Below are positions 1 through 10,442 of a stretch of DNA of 64,000 bases, piece after piece. A model generated the notes under the pieces. It was not told the DNA's origin and made no database searches. It was given only the letters and a program-made list of their open reading frames with translations. The position numbers and the translations under genes are program-made. Position 1 is the first letter of the stretch. Each line of letters starts with the position of its first letter. This DNA is from Polyangiaceae bacterium (GTDB lineage: Bacteria > Myxococcota_A > Polyangia > Polyangiales > Polyangiaceae). Location of the stretch: NCBI GenBank assembly GCA_965222375.1, contig CBDCTZ010000012.1, positions 320,001 to 384,000 of the forward strand. The letters run 5' to 3'.

Positions 1-2404
1 CGATGCCGGCCAGCTTCTGCTCGTCGCCGTATTCGACCGCGAGCTTCTGAGTTCCTCCAACCCAGAAAACGCTCGGCAGCTTCTGTTCATCGCCCCGTTC
101 GATTCGGATCTGGGTGAATGCCTTGCCCTCGACGTTCTGCACGCCCCAGGAACTCGGTAAGGCGTAGGTTAACAGCCCGAGGTTTAGCTCGCTGGCGTGC
201 ACCTGGGCCAGCCCAGTCCAGCGTTTCCAAACGTCCGCCGTGAGCATCTTGCCCTTGAGCTCCGTTTGCCAAGCGCCGCCGACGTTGCCGATGCCCTCGA
301 CGGTTCCGGACAAGTCCCCGTCAAAGCGTCTACCGCTCACGCTGGTGTTCACGCGCATCGCGATGCCGCCCACTCCCATGACGCTGCCTTTCCCGAGGGC
401 GAACCTCAGGTGACCGCTGGCGCGGTCATTGCGGATGTCGAGATCCGTGTCCACGCGAAGCCGCCCGCCCAGAGAGCCCTTCTCCAGGCCCAGTGCGCGG
501 GCGATGGCATCCAGATCCAGATCAGCACCTTTGGCCTTGGCGATGATGCGGTCCGGCGAGAGCCGCAGGGAGCCGGCGAGCTGACCGCCCGCTCCGGCCA
601 AGGAAAGATCCTCGATGAAGATCTCACGAGAGCCCAAGTCCAGCCGAGCGATGCGACCCTTCAATGCGGCGCCGCGGCGTTTGACCTCTACGGACAGGTT
701 GTCCACTCGGGGCGGATCCTGCATCGTGACCGTGGCAGATGCTTTGACGTTCGGGCCGAACTCATCCGTGAGCTTGGCGCTGACCTTCGGCTTGAGAACG
801 TTGCCACGTGCGGAAAGGTCGACCTCCCCGAACTTGAAACCGCTCGCGGCCAGCCCGCGGCCCGTCACGGAGGCGTTGATGTCGAGCTCTTTGGGCTTGG
901 CCAATGGTCCGCGAGCACGGCCAGAAATCGCCGCCCGCTTCACAGCGATGTCGCCCATCTTGAAGCTGCGCAAGTTGGCAACGGCGGAAGCATCCAATTG
1001 CTCTTTTTCGATGCGAGCCTTCACGGTCACGTCCGCACGCCCCCGCGCCTGGGTGAGCGCTTTGAGTCGCGGCGCCTTTTCGATGACGAAGGATCGGGCT
1101 CGGGCGTTGAGATCGATGGGACCTGCCGGGTGAAACTTGAAGTCGACCTTCAAGGGCAGGCCCTCTTCGTGGAAGGTGGCCGTGCCGTAGAAGCCCTTCT
1201 CATTGAACGTGCTGTTGATGTCCGTAGGCGGCACGTCCATGCCGGCGACCTTGGAGGCCGCGGTGATGCCGTTGGCATCCACGACGACCTGCCCCCGCTT
1301 GTTCCAGACGGAGATGGTGCTGTCCAAGTCGATCTTCGTCTCCGGAGCTTCGGGGAACAGCGCGCGCAGATCGAAGCTTCGCCCTTCGACGTCCAGTTTG
1401 ACGCTGAGTTCTGGTTCGATCTTCAGAGGGCCGGACGCAGTGATTCGGGCCTCACCGGATTCGAGGCGCACACTCGTCTGCAACGCTTGCAGGGTGCCTT
1501 GCGCCTCCGCATGCGCTGCAACGGGCACGCGGATTGGGTAGTCGACCCACAGGCCTTGCACGTCGAGGGGCTTGGCTTGGGGCAAATCCAGGCGCGCCTC
1601 GATTCGGTCACCTTTGACGTGCACGAAGGCGCCGACGCTCAAGTTCCCCAGGAAGCCGTCGAAGGAGCTCCACACTGCGCCGGGCGCGCGGATGTGCAGT
1701 TCGCCAGTACCCGTCGTGTCGGTACCTCCCAGGCCGCGAACCACGACACCGTATCGCTGCACGTCGATGGCCGCGCCTTTGGGACTTGCTAGCACGGAGC
1801 CCCGAACGTTGGCCAACTGTACCTCGAGGGTGGGCAGCCCCGCGACGCGGCCCCGCGCGTAGACCCGGCCGAGTTCCACATTGGGCAGCCAGGTTCGTAC
1901 GTAGCGTGGTTCTTCACTCGGCTCGCTGCTCGGCGGGTCCGGCTCGTCAACGGGCGTGAAGGCGGTCGCGATCGTCGGAACGCCCGTGTCGGGTTCCGGG
2001 ATCACGAAGACTTCGGCTCGTTCGGCTCGAACGTGCTTGATCACCAGGCTGATGCGTTGGCCACCCCAGAGAACCGTCTTCGCCATCTGCACGAAGTCGG
2101 TCCTGGCGCGCAGCTCCGACACTACGAGCACGGTTGCGCCATCGGGGTCCTGGACTCGAGCTTCCGGGCTGGTCACTCCGTTCAGGGAGACCTTGGTGAT
2201 TTCCTTGATCTGCACGGTTCCTCGGAAGAAGTCAGACAGTCCGCGAGTGAGCAGCTGGGCTGCAAGACGCCGCGCAGGAGGGGTGTTGGCGTGCAGCAAT
2301 AACCCAACTGCAAGGCTCGTTGTCAGCACAGCGGACAGCGCTAACAGTTTGGCGAGCCGGAAGACCCAGCGCAGCGCAGCGCGCAAGTGGCGGCGGACTG
2401 CCAC
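1..2404 (-). CDS. tamB: TamB/AsmA-like translocation and assembly module protein, partial (3' end runs off the left edge)
   Basis: Not in the ORF track, presumably because it has no stop in the window. The GTG at 2404 overlaps the upstream TAG (TAGTG). It reads MAVRRHLRAALRWVFRLAKLLALSAVLTTSLAVGLLLHANTPPARRLAAQ..., an N-terminal anchor, and lies directly downstream of an Omp85 gene. I read only the 5' part directly. Confidence 0.75.
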   Translation of the reverse strand, partial: MAVRRHLRAALRWVFRLAKLLALSAVLTTSLAVGLLLHANTPPARRLAAQLLTRGLSDFFRGTVQIKEITKVSLNGVTSPEARVQDPDGATVLVVSELRARTDFVQMAKTVLWGGQRISLVIKHVRAERAEVFVIPEPDTGVPTIATAFTPVDEPDPPSSEPSEEPRYVRTWLPNVELGRVYARGRVAGLPTLEVQLANVRGSVLASPKGAAIDVQRYGVVVRGLGGTDTTGTGELHIRAPGAVWSSFDGFLGNLSVGAFVHVKGDRIEARLDLPQAKPLDVQGLWVDYPIRVPVAAHAEAQGTLQALQTSVRLESGEARITASGPLKIEPELSVKLDVEGRSFDLRALFPEAPETKIDLDSTISVWNKRGQVVVDANGITAASKVAGMDVPPTDINSTFNEKGFYGTATFHEEGLPLKVDFKFHPAGPIDLNARARSFVIEKAPRLKALTQARGRADVTVKARIEKEQLDASAVANLRSFKMGDIAVKRAAISGRARGPLAKPKELDINASVTGRGLAASGFKFGEVDLSARGNVLKPKVSAKLTDEFGPNVKASATVTMQDPPRVDNLSVEVKRRGAALKGRIARLDLGSREIFIEDLSLAGAGGQLAGSLRLSPDRIIAKAKGADLDLDAIARALGLEKGSLGGRLRVDTDLDIRNDRASGHLRFALGKGSVMGVGGIAMRVNTSVSGRRFDGDLSGTVEGIGNVGGAWQTELKGKMLTADVWKRWTGLAQVHASELNLGLLTYALPSSWGVQNVEGKAFTQIRIERGDEQKLPSVFWVGGTQKLAVEYGDEQKLAGI

Positions 2405-4608
2405 TAGAAGGCCTCCCCCAACGCGATGTGCACGGCAATAGGAAGACCGAACACAGTTCCGGGATCGCCTTCTTCCACCTCCAAGTCTACTTCACCGATC
2501 TGCTGCAAGCCCGGCACCCGATAGCCGACATCCACGCGAAAAGGACCCACAGGAGTCAGATAGCGCAGGCCAGGGCCTACAGACAGGTGAGGCACGGTGA
2601 ATCGGATATCGGCCACGTTACGTGTGACGTCGCTGGCATCCACAAAAGTCGCGGCTTCCAGCGGGCCTGTAATGGGAAAGCGCACTTCCATGGACGCTTC
2701 CCACAGGGTTAGCCCGCCAATCGGGCGAATACACGCGCTGGGCAGGTCCTCCACCGCCACCTGCACAGCCCCTCGATCCGTCGAGCAGTTCTGCCCGGTT
2801 GGAACCAAGAAGCCCACCGGGCCGTGGGGGCCGACCCCGCGAAAGGGGTAGCCGCGGTTCGAGTTGGGGCCGCCTGAATAGAACACCCGGAACAACAGCT
2901 TGTGCTGATCGCGGATGACCGCGGGGTTGGTCGGGTCTTGGCTGTACGTGGGGTCGTTGGGGTCGAGGGTAGAGCCGTAGTCGAAGGGAAACAGAAAACC
3001 GAAGGTCATACGGGTCGCCAAGGTGACCTTCTTGGACAACGGCAAGTAGGTTCTCAGTTCCGGCTTGATGCGCAAGTCGCTGACGATGCCGCCGAAAATC
3101 TTGCTGGCCAACTGCACGTTGTTGCTGAGGTAGGCGCCTGCGTGCGGGTGAATTGGGTCGTCCCGGAAGTCCAGAATGGCGCGGATCTCCGGATAAGCCA
3201 CGCGCACGGTTTCCAGACCGTCAGGAATGCCGCCCTGATACGTGAACGGAAAGTTGGCTTCCCAGTTGTAGGAAGGAGTCAAGAACAGGCGGTGACTGAA
3301 GAATGCCCGTTCCACGCCCGTCTGCGCCTTGATCGAGTGGTAACCGATGATGCGCTCGTCCTCGACGTTGAAGTCATCATCGTCGGGGAGGGGATAAAGC
3401 AGGGGCGCGATGCTGTACTCCCCAGCCAAGAAGCCCGTCGTGCGACCTTCCAGAAAGGACGGCTGGCGCAACTCCGCGCGCAAGGTGTTTTCCGGCAGCA
3501 GGCGTGTCGGCGCCTCGAAGCGCGTGACGCGGGTCGGGAAGTACACCACGCCAGGCCGTGCTTCCACGCTGAAACGGCGCATTCCCCCAGCGAAATTCTT
3601 GTGCTCCCAGCCCACACGCAAGTGGTTCGAGAGTCGAAGTACATCGAAACGGGCACCGCCTCCGAGGCGAATGGTGCGGAGGGAACTCTCCCGAAGCACG
3701 GCCCGGATCGGCACGATCCCGCTCTCGGGTTTCGACTTGTCTTCTTGAATCTCGACGCTGGAAAACCGACCCAAGGTGAGCAGAGCCTCCCGCGCGTCCT
3801 CGAGTTCCTTGCGCGAGTAGGGGCGACCTTCGCGAATGTCCAAGTTGGCGCGCACCGGCGCTTCCGGGATCGACTCGAGACCGACGATGCGCACCTTGCC
3901 GTACCGGGCCGGCGTGCCCGAGTTCACTTCGAAGACCACATCTGCCGCTTGCTGCGCAACATCGACCTTCGCGCGGTACTTCACCTCTGCGAACGCGTAG
4001 CCCGCATCGGCCAAGATCTCCGTGATCTCTTTTGCAGTCCGTTCGAACTCGCCTTCGTCGAAGTTGCGGCCTTCCTCCATCCGCTCTCGGAACAGTACGA
4101 GGGCTCGCGCGCTCACTTCCAAAGGAATGAACTCGATGCCGCGCAAGGTGGCGTTGCGCACCTTGACGGGCTGACCTTCCTGAACGTGGATCTCGACCCG
4201 CACCCGGCTGTCATCGACGCGAATGATGCGTCCAGCAGTGACGCGCGCCTCATAGTAGCCACGCGCGCGGTAGAAGCGCTCCACGCGTTCCAAGTCCCTG
4301 GCCAAGACGTTTTCGTCGAAGACCTCGTAGTCGAAGAAGACTCCATCCCAGATCCCCAGGAAACGCGGCGAAGGTGCTGTGGCTAGCCCGTCCCGCAAGG
4401 CCTCCTCGTCGATGGAGCCGGTTCCGACCAGATCTACGTCGGCCACCACGTCCCGGCGTGCCGGCAAGCTGCGGCAGCCGGGCAGCAGCGCGGTCAGGAC
4501 GATGACGCTAGCGAGCACCTGTACGAGCCCGGTGCGCCGTGACGACCCCGTCCCCAAGCGCGCGGGGCGTGGGAGGCGGGCAATCATCGGTCGTGGTGCC
4601 GCGGCCAT
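2404..4608 (-). CDS. tamA: Omp85-family (TamA/BamA-like) outer-membrane protein with POTRA domains
   Basis: POTRA-like motifs (DLERVERFYRARGYY, LADAGYAFAEV). Barrel motifs FYSGGPNSNRGY and GLRYLTPVGPFRVDVGY, with C-terminal GEAF. The start may be the ATG at 4587. Lipobox-like LLPGC. Confidence 0.85.
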   Translation of the reverse strand: MAAAPRPMIARLPRPARLGTGSSRRTGLVQVLASVIVLTALLPGCRSLPARRDVVADVDLVGTGSIDEEALRDGLATAPSPRFLGIWDGVFFDYEVFDENVLARDLERVERFYRARGYYEARVTAGRIIRVDDSRVRVEIHVQEGQPVKVRNATLRGIEFIPLEVSARALVLFRERMEEGRNFDEGEFERTAKEITEILADAGYAFAEVKYRAKVDVAQQAADVVFEVNSGTPARYGKVRIVGLESIPEAPVRANLDIREGRPYSRKELEDAREALLTLGRFSSVEIQEDKSKPESGIVPIRAVLRESSLRTIRLGGGARFDVLRLSNHLRVGWEHKNFAGGMRRFSVEARPGVVYFPTRVTRFEAPTRLLPENTLRAELRQPSFLEGRTTGFLAGEYSIAPLLYPLPDDDDFNVEDERIIGYHSIKAQTGVERAFFSHRLFLTPSYNWEANFPFTYQGGIPDGLETVRVAYPEIRAILDFRDDPIHPHAGAYLSNNVQLASKIFGGIVSDLRIKPELRTYLPLSKKVTLATRMTFGFLFPFDYGSTLDPNDPTYSQDPTNPAVIRDQHKLLFRVFYSGGPNSNRGYPFRGVGPHGPVGFLVPTGQNCSTDRGAVQVAVEDLPSACIRPIGGLTLWEASMEVRFPITGPLEAATFVDASDVTRNVADIRFTVPHLSVGPGLRYLTPVGPFRVDVGYRVPGLQQIGEVDLEVEEGDPGTVFGLPIAVHIALGEAF

Positions 4609-4645
4609 TCGGGAAATCTAGTCCCCCGCGGACAGATTGGTTTGG

Positions 4646-5347
4646 CTACTTCTTGTCCATGCCGGGCAGCGTGGCCGGCTCCGGGGGCTTCTCGTGGTAC
4701 GTGATGTCTTCGAGGGTTAGTAGTCCCATGATGGGATCTGCCTCGGCGCCGGTGCTGGCGCGGGTGAAGGTCGTGGAATAGTCGCCCTTGACGGTTACTT
4801 TGGCGCCCTTGTTGGGGATCGGATTGGGGATCTTGATGCCCCAGAAGGTGTCCATATGCGGCTCAGCGTCTTCCTTACCGTCGTACTCCTCGATCGCGTC
4901 ATACAGCTGCGCAAAGTTGCTGGCCCAGCCCATGACTTTGATGCAATCCGACGGCTTGGCGTCTTTGGTTTCGCATAGCCAAAACGCCGGCGTGGGGGGG
5001 CGGCAACCCTCGGGGTCAGCCTTGCCACCCTTGTGGACCGCGCACTCGGGTGCTTCCGGCAGGTTGGTCTTCGCGATGTAGCCAGTGATCTTCAGCTTCT
5101 TGCCGGCGACCTCTTTGCGGCGGACGCGGCTGCGCAGCGAGTAGCTCGCACCCCACACAGTGTAGGCGTCGCCCTGTTTGATGGGCTTCTGAGGTACGTT
5201 CGGCACTGCGGGCAAGTTGGCTTGCACGCCGCTGGGTGCCGGCTTCGGCTCGTACTTGGCCTCGCTCTCCCCGCAACCGGCGACGGACAGCGAAAGGACC
5301 AGCACGGTCGACGAAGTGAAGAACGAGCGGGTGCGCTTAGCGAGCAT
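4646..5347 (-). CDS. Hypothetical lipoprotein
   Basis: Start moved to the ATG at 5347 (GAGGAGG Shine-Dalgarno upstream). The signal peptide ends in the lipobox VAGC, and four further Cys follow. Confidence 0.75.
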   Translation of the reverse strand: MLAKRTRSFFTSSTVLVLSLSVAGCGESEAKYEPKPAPSGVQANLPAVPNVPQKPIKQGDAYTVWGASYSLRSRVRRKEVAGKKLKITGYIAKTNLPEAPECAVHKGGKADPEGCRPPTPAFWLCETKDAKPSDCIKVMGWASNFAQLYDAIEEYDGKEDAEPHMDTFWGIKIPNPIPNKGAKVTVKGDYSTTFTRASTGAEADPIMGLLTLEDITYHEKPPEPATLPGMDKK

Positions 5348-5547
5348 GGGTGGGAGCCTCCTCTTCGAACGAATGCGACGGGTATCATGCCCCCCCTTGG
5401 GGCTGCAAGGCCGCAGCTTCTTTGGTATTTTTTGTCTACCAGGGGCGACTCGACACTGCCAAGGGCTCTCGGCGGGACCGTGTGGCGCAGCGAGGCTCAT
5501 AAGTCCACGAATTGACGCCACTTTTTCTTGGGACCAGGATTCTGGGG

Positions 5548-6237
5548 GTGCGCACAATCATCGTTGGCGACGTTCACGGCTGCGCTGTCGAGCTGGGTCA
5601 GCTGCTCCACGACCTCGCATTTCACGGAGATGACCGCCTGGTCCTGGTGGGAGATCTGGTCGCCCGCGGGCCCGACACCCCGGGGGTGTTGGACCTGGTG
5701 CGACGCCACGCCGGCAAGGCCGTTCGCGGTAACCACGAGCAACGCCTGTTGGACGTTCGACAGGCGCGCGCTCGCGGCGAGCGCGGGCCCCGTCTGGGGC
5801 CCAGCCACGAAGCCGTGATGCGCGAAATGACCCACGCCCGTTGGGCGTACTTGGAGGCGATGCCCCTGTGGCTAGACCTTCCAGAGCATAGGGTGCGTGT
5901 CGTGCACGCGGGGATTGTGCCCGGTACGCCCATGGGGAGTCAGGACCCTTGGGCCATGCTGCACATGCGCACGCTGCGCGCGGGCAAAGCGAGTGACAAA
6001 CGCGGCGCAGATTTGTGGGGCGTCCACTACGCGGATTCGCCGCACATCGTGTTCGGACACAATGCCGTGGATGGCTTGCAGCTTCACGAACACGCAACTG
6101 GATTGGACACGGGCTGCGTTTACGGTGGCGCATTGAGCGCTCTGGTGCTCGAAGAGGGACAGCAGATGCCCGAGCCCGAAGCTCGGCAGGAGTGCATCCA
6201 CAGCGTGCCGGCGCGGCGCGCTTATGTGCAGCTCTGA
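5548..6237 (+). CDS. Metallophosphoesterase (PPP/ApaH-like Ser/Thr phosphatase family)
   Basis: Motifs GDVHG, GDLVARG, RGNHE, VHAG, FGH and LDTGC. Start placed at GTG 5548. Confidence 0.9.
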   Translation: MRTIIVGDVHGCAVELGQLLHDLAFHGDDRLVLVGDLVARGPDTPGVLDLVRRHAGKAVRGNHEQRLLDVRQARARGERGPRLGPSHEAVMREMTHARWAYLEAMPLWLDLPEHRVRVVHAGIVPGTPMGSQDPWAMLHMRTLRAGKASDKRGADLWGVHYADSPHIVFGHNAVDGLQLHEHATGLDTGCVYGGALSALVLEEGQQMPEPEARQECIHSVPARRAYVQL

Positions 6238-6238
6238 C

Positions 6239-7519
6239 TCATGGCGAGGAGCTCGCCGAGGGCGCTGGAGAGGGGCTGGGCGCATCCAATGCGGCGAGGG
6301 TGCGTCGCAGTCCACGGATCCCGTGGCAAGCGTCCCCGATCAGATCGAGATAGGTTTGCTCGCGCTGGGATCGGATCGAGTCCAGGCGCAGATAGACGCC
6401 TCCGGCATCGAGTTCCTTGACCACGTCCACGACGTCCGCTGCGGCTCGTAGGTTGAGCTGCCACAGCTTCTTGCCCCCCTCGCTGTCCGGGTTGATGTAA
6501 CCCAGACTGCGAGCGAGGGTCACGGTCTCTGCGAGGTGGCCGTAGAGCTTCAGGCGCTGGACTCGAAGCAGCAGGCCCTGACTGGGATGGGCCTTCAGCA
6601 ATTTGATCAGCGTGTGGCGTTCGGACTCATAGCGAAACAGCAAAACACCCAGTTGTTTCTTCACTCGCGCGCGGCGCTCGTCGTCCGCCTTTTCGTTTGT
6701 CGAAAGCACGGCCTGCACCAAATGCAAGCCGCCGCAGCTATGGCCGTAGATCCCGGTCTTCTTCGTTTTGGCTTCGCGGAGTGTGCTTCCGGATTCAAAT
6801 GCACTCTCCAGCGGTCCCGAATAATCGCTGACGATCTTGTGATCCGCCTCGAGGCGGTCCAGCGCTGCTGCGGCCAGAGCTTCCGTGGTCAGGCCACCCG
6901 CCGGAGCCGCAACCCCCAAGGCGTCCGCGGTATGCAGCGTGGATAGGGTCCACGCGGCGTGGTGCCAAGAGCTGTCCGCTTCGGGAAGCGCTGCGTCCCT
7001 TCGTGCGTGTTGAACCAAGGTGCGCAGGGAAACGGTCGCGCCTGTGGAAGTGGTCAGTTTCTCGTCGAGGTCGACATCACTCTCGAGCAGGGTCTTGACC
7101 AACATGTGGCGGTGAGGCTCGACCAAGCTCTCACCCTTGCGCGCTGGGAACAGCCACAGTTTTTTGCCGTCCACTTCGCGCTGTTCGGCGAAGCTCGCGA
7201 TCACGTCTACCGCGCGTTTTCCACTCTGGGTCTTGAAGCTCGGGCCGAAGGCCACGAGCCCATGCGCCAGTGCCCACGGATGTTTATCGTCTCCCGCGGG
7301 TGCCCGAACCTGGGCTTCGAGCAGGGCGATGGTCTTGACGATCTCGTCACGCGTGGCCTCCCTGGGGGTCGGTACGCTCGGAATCTGCGGCGCGCTGCCA
7401 GCCGGCGGTGCGGAAGCGGACGCCGCGGCGGGGGAACGAGCTCGGCGTACTTCCATGATGACGCCGGCAAGGGCGGCGCTGCCCACCAGCACGAGAATTC
7501 CCTTGCTCCGTTCCTTCAC
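6239..7519 (-). CDS. Hypothetical membrane-anchored, alpha-helical protein with His/Cys motifs
   Basis: Long ORF with an N-terminal TM segment and an Ala/Pro linker. Motifs PWALAHG, EPHRH, GHSCGGLH, YGHLAE and GDACH. Start is GTG 7519 or TTG 7525. Confidence 0.75.
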   Translation of the reverse strand: MKERSKGILVLVGSAALAGVIMEVRRARSPAAASASAPPAGSAPQIPSVPTPREATRDEIVKTIALLEAQVRAPAGDDKHPWALAHGLVAFGPSFKTQSGKRAVDVIASFAEQREVDGKKLWLFPARKGESLVEPHRHMLVKTLLESDVDLDEKLTTSTGATVSLRTLVQHARRDAALPEADSSWHHAAWTLSTLHTADALGVAAPAGGLTTEALAAAALDRLEADHKIVSDYSGPLESAFESGSTLREAKTKKTGIYGHSCGGLHLVQAVLSTNEKADDERRARVKKQLGVLLFRYESERHTLIKLLKAHPSQGLLLRVQRLKLYGHLAETVTLARSLGYINPDSEGGKKLWQLNLRAAADVVDVVKELDAGGVYLRLDSIRSQREQTYLDLIGDACHGIRGLRRTLAALDAPSPSPAPSASSSP

Positions 7520-7564
7520 CGTCAAAACCGTCTAGCACGGTCGGCGCGTGCTATCACCGCTCTC

Positions 7565-8305
7565 GTGTCCCGTAACGTACGCGTGGTTGTGGACGGGCTC
7601 CAGGCCGGTGAGCAGACGCTGGACGCGACGGCCTCACGCCATCTCGTACGCGTGCACCGGCTCAAAGCCGGCCAGCACTTCGTCGCGGTAGATCCGACGC
7701 CAGGACTGCAAGCGCGAGGCGAGGTGCTGTTCGCGCACGTGCGAAGCGCCCGGGTCGTCTTCGATGCGCCCCAAGCCATGCGCCCTCCGGAGCTTCCCGC
7801 CATCACTCTGGTTCAGGCGCTTGGCAAGGGCGACAAGGCCGACCAGATCGTGCGCGCTGCCACAACTCTGGGTGTGAGCCGCTTACTCTTCGTGCTGAGC
7901 GAGCGGAGCGTACCTCGGCCAGACAGCCAGACGAGGCGCAAGACGCGCTGGCGGACGATTGCGCAGCAGGCGGCTCGACAGTGCGTTCGCCCTGGCGTGC
8001 CGCAGATCGAAGGCCCGATCCCTTTTGCGCAGGGGCTGCATCGAGTCAGCGAGCCCCTTCGTCTGGCGCTGGACCCAACGGCACAACAGGTGTTGCTAGC
8101 CGAGGTGCAGCGGCACACGCCGCTCTCGGCATCCGCAGTCCTGATTGGACCTGAAGGAGGGCTGACCGATGCCGAACTAGAAGCGGCCGGTCACCACGGC
8201 TTTTCGCGGGTGCGCTTTGGTCCGTTCGTGCTGCGCACGGAAACGGCGGCTGTCGCAGTTCTGGGTGCGTTGCTGGCAGTCAGCGAGGGCCGGCCGGAGC
8301 CGTAG
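7565..8305 (+). CDS. rsmE: 16S rRNA m3U1498 methyltransferase RsmE
   Basis: HLVRVHRL, AARQC, IGPEGGLT and LRTETAA motifs. Start trimmed from 6959 to GTG 7565 to remove the overlap with the opposite-strand gene. Confidence 0.92.
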   Translation: MSRNVRVVVDGLQAGEQTLDATASRHLVRVHRLKAGQHFVAVDPTPGLQARGEVLFAHVRSARVVFDAPQAMRPPELPAITLVQALGKGDKADQIVRAATTLGVSRLLFVLSERSVPRPDSQTRRKTRWRTIAQQAARQCVRPGVPQIEGPIPFAQGLHRVSEPLRLALDPTAQQVLLAEVQRHTPLSASAVLIGPEGGLTDAELEAAGHHGFSRVRFGPFVLRTETAAVAVLGALLAVSEGRPEP

Positions 8306-8374
8306 GTAGCCACCTGCTTTGAGGTAGCGACAGTCGTGACGACGTCGTCGAGACAATGCTAGGCTGGCGCCCCT

Positions 8375-10435
8375 GTGAAACGCACAGTTCGACATCTACA
8401 CCGCGCTCTTTGCTCGGCGGCTTTGGGGCTGCTCTTGCTCGGTCGCGCGGGCGATGCAGAAGCTGCGCTCACGGATTCGGAGAAGCGCCAGATAGTCGGT
8501 TACGTGCGAGACGCAGAAGTGGCTCGCGCCCAGCGGGTGCGCGCGCTCATAGCGCGTCCGGACCTGACCCAAGAGGAGTCGTCGGCGCCGCTCTCCGCCG
8601 CCTACGGCCCGGTAGCCTTTGACAAAGCGCGGGAAGCCTTCTCGCTGGAGTTGCTCCACGGCAGCGGCTCCGAGCCGTCCCGGGGCGTTGTGGCGGAGGC
8701 GATCGTACACGGGCTGCTCGCTCGGGCGGACGCAGTGGTTGCCAAGCTGAGCGCGGCTCGAGGGCCCGCAATCAGCGACAGCGCGCGTCCAGCTGCGATT
8801 GAATTCACGCGGATACACTCGTTCGTAGCTTCGCATATCGCGAACGCGGGACAGCCACCAGCGGATGGCCACGACGCGAGCGTTGGTATTCGCGACGACA
8901 GCATGAAGCGGGCGTCGGGCGCCTATGTGAAACACTTCGAAAAACACGCCAGCTGGATGCGGCTGTCCAAGCCCGCCCGGGGCTACTGGTTGCGCGCTCG
9001 GGGCCAGGCGGCCATCACGCTGGCGTCGTTGGCTCGCGGTGTGGTGCCGAGGCACGAAGTGGCCGCCGCCCTTGGTCTGGATGGCGCGCGCCGCGCGGCC
9101 TTCGAGCGTCACGGCTTTATCCTCGACGACGCTGGCCTGACGGACCCAAAGCGCCGGGACTTGTTCGTGCGTTGGCTAGATGGCTGCCCTCGCGCAGCGG
9201 ACGGGTTGGATCTCGTGTTGCTGTCCAAGACACCCAGCTACGGATTGGCTGCACTGGGACGCGTGGTGCGAGTGGGTGTCGACCCGATGACCGAGCGACG
9301 CGTCGATGGGCTGTGGGCGGAGGATGTGCAGCCCGTCGGCATGGACGCCGCCACGAGCGAGTTGGCCTATTTGATGGCCTGGCAGGCGGTGCGGAGCGCC
9401 TTTGCGAAACGACCTGAACTTCGCAAGCAGGCGGAGCTGCTCGCGGGGCGTGCCGTGAAGGGGGGCGATCACTTTCTTCTCTCCCCAGAGCTGGGCGCTA
9501 GCGTGCTCGCATCTCCAGGCAGTACCGAGGCTGTGCTGCGTGGCGTGTCACCAGAGATGTTCTTGGCTCACGTCGTGCGCTTGGCCCTTTTGGATTTGCC
9601 CCGGGTGCGGAGCTTGGCGCTGGCGCGTTCCCTTCGTGGCAACACGGACGGTGTAGCTCAGCTACTGCTAGCCTTGTCCGCCCTCGCCCCTGGGACGGAC
9701 GCGAAGCAAAAGACCTGGGCCGGTGAAGCTCTCCAGAACGGTCGCGTTCGCGGCCTGGAGGTCGCGCTCCAGCTCGAGAAGGGCAACGTCAGCAGTTTCT
9801 CGGTAGGCAAGACCCGCGTCACGGCCAAGCTGCTCGGGGACGGGCGTGTAGACAAGATACTGCTCAATGGCAAGGCGCCGGCCCTGCCGGCACTGCCCTA
9901 CGCGCGGCTCGTTCCCGAGGCGACGGAGCGTTGGAAATTCGGCGCTCAAGTGCTGGAAAAGCTGAGCGGAGCGCCTCGTGGCCTGGTGGTGGGAGATGGC
10001 CGTTTCGTGCTCGCCGCAGCAAAAAAGAGCCAAGGCTTCGACGCCGTCGCTTTCGGCGCTGCGGCGGAAAACGCTGTCGTGAGCGCCAAGCTCTCGCCCA
10101 ATGGACCCGGTGGGGGGTTGCTGGTGCGAGCCCAAAAGGGCAGCGCCGGCTATGACGCGATCGGGCTGTTCGTGTCCGCTGAGCCCAAGGTGGCGCAGTT
10201 GGTCGTCGTGGGCGGTAGCGGCAAGGCCGTAGAACTCACCGGGCCCATCGCGTTGCCGTCCAAAGATACGAACTTCGACGTGCGCCTCGAGGTCAAGGGC
10301 AAGGAGGTGCGCGGGCGCGTGGGCCGACAGAAACTCAAGGCGACGCTCTCCCGGGGGGTTGGAAAAGGTCGCGCGGGAATAGCCGTACGCGTCGGTGGTC
10401 GCCTCGAGATACGGAAACTGTCCGTGAAGCGTTGA
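8375..10435 (+). CDS. Hypothetical secreted protein, helical N-terminal part with a C-terminal beta-jelly-roll (ConA/DUF1080-like) region
   Basis: 686-aa ORF with a signal peptide (…GDAEA). The C-terminal pattern GGGLLVRA…FDVRLEVKG…GRAGIAV…LEIRKLSV resembles a jelly-roll fold (inference). Confidence 0.7.
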   Translation: MKRTVRHLHRALCSAALGLLLLGRAGDAEAALTDSEKRQIVGYVRDAEVARAQRVRALIARPDLTQEESSAPLSAAYGPVAFDKAREAFSLELLHGSGSEPSRGVVAEAIVHGLLARADAVVAKLSAARGPAISDSARPAAIEFTRIHSFVASHIANAGQPPADGHDASVGIRDDSMKRASGAYVKHFEKHASWMRLSKPARGYWLRARGQAAITLASLARGVVPRHEVAAALGLDGARRAAFERHGFILDDAGLTDPKRRDLFVRWLDGCPRAADGLDLVLLSKTPSYGLAALGRVVRVGVDPMTERRVDGLWAEDVQPVGMDAATSELAYLMAWQAVRSAFAKRPELRKQAELLAGRAVKGGDHFLLSPELGASVLASPGSTEAVLRGVSPEMFLAHVVRLALLDLPRVRSLALARSLRGNTDGVAQLLLALSALAPGTDAKQKTWAGEALQNGRVRGLEVALQLEKGNVSSFSVGKTRVTAKLLGDGRVDKILLNGKAPALPALPYARLVPEATERWKFGAQVLEKLSGAPRGLVVGDGRFVLAAAKKSQGFDAVAFGAAAENAVVSAKLSPNGPGGGLLVRAQKGSAGYDAIGLFVSAEPKVAQLVVVGGSGKAVELTGPIALPSKDTNFDVRLEVKGKEVRGRVGRQKLKATLSRGVGKGRAGIAVRVGGRLEIRKLSVKR

Positions 10436-10442
10436 GGACGGG

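Noticed and set aside
197..1792. 531-aa plus-strand ORF, and similar long antisense ORFs (2902-4386, 12232-13797, 50806-52749, 53479-55035)
   Set aside because: Shadow ORFs opposite better-supported genes, as expected in high-GC DNA. They show no recognisable motifs.
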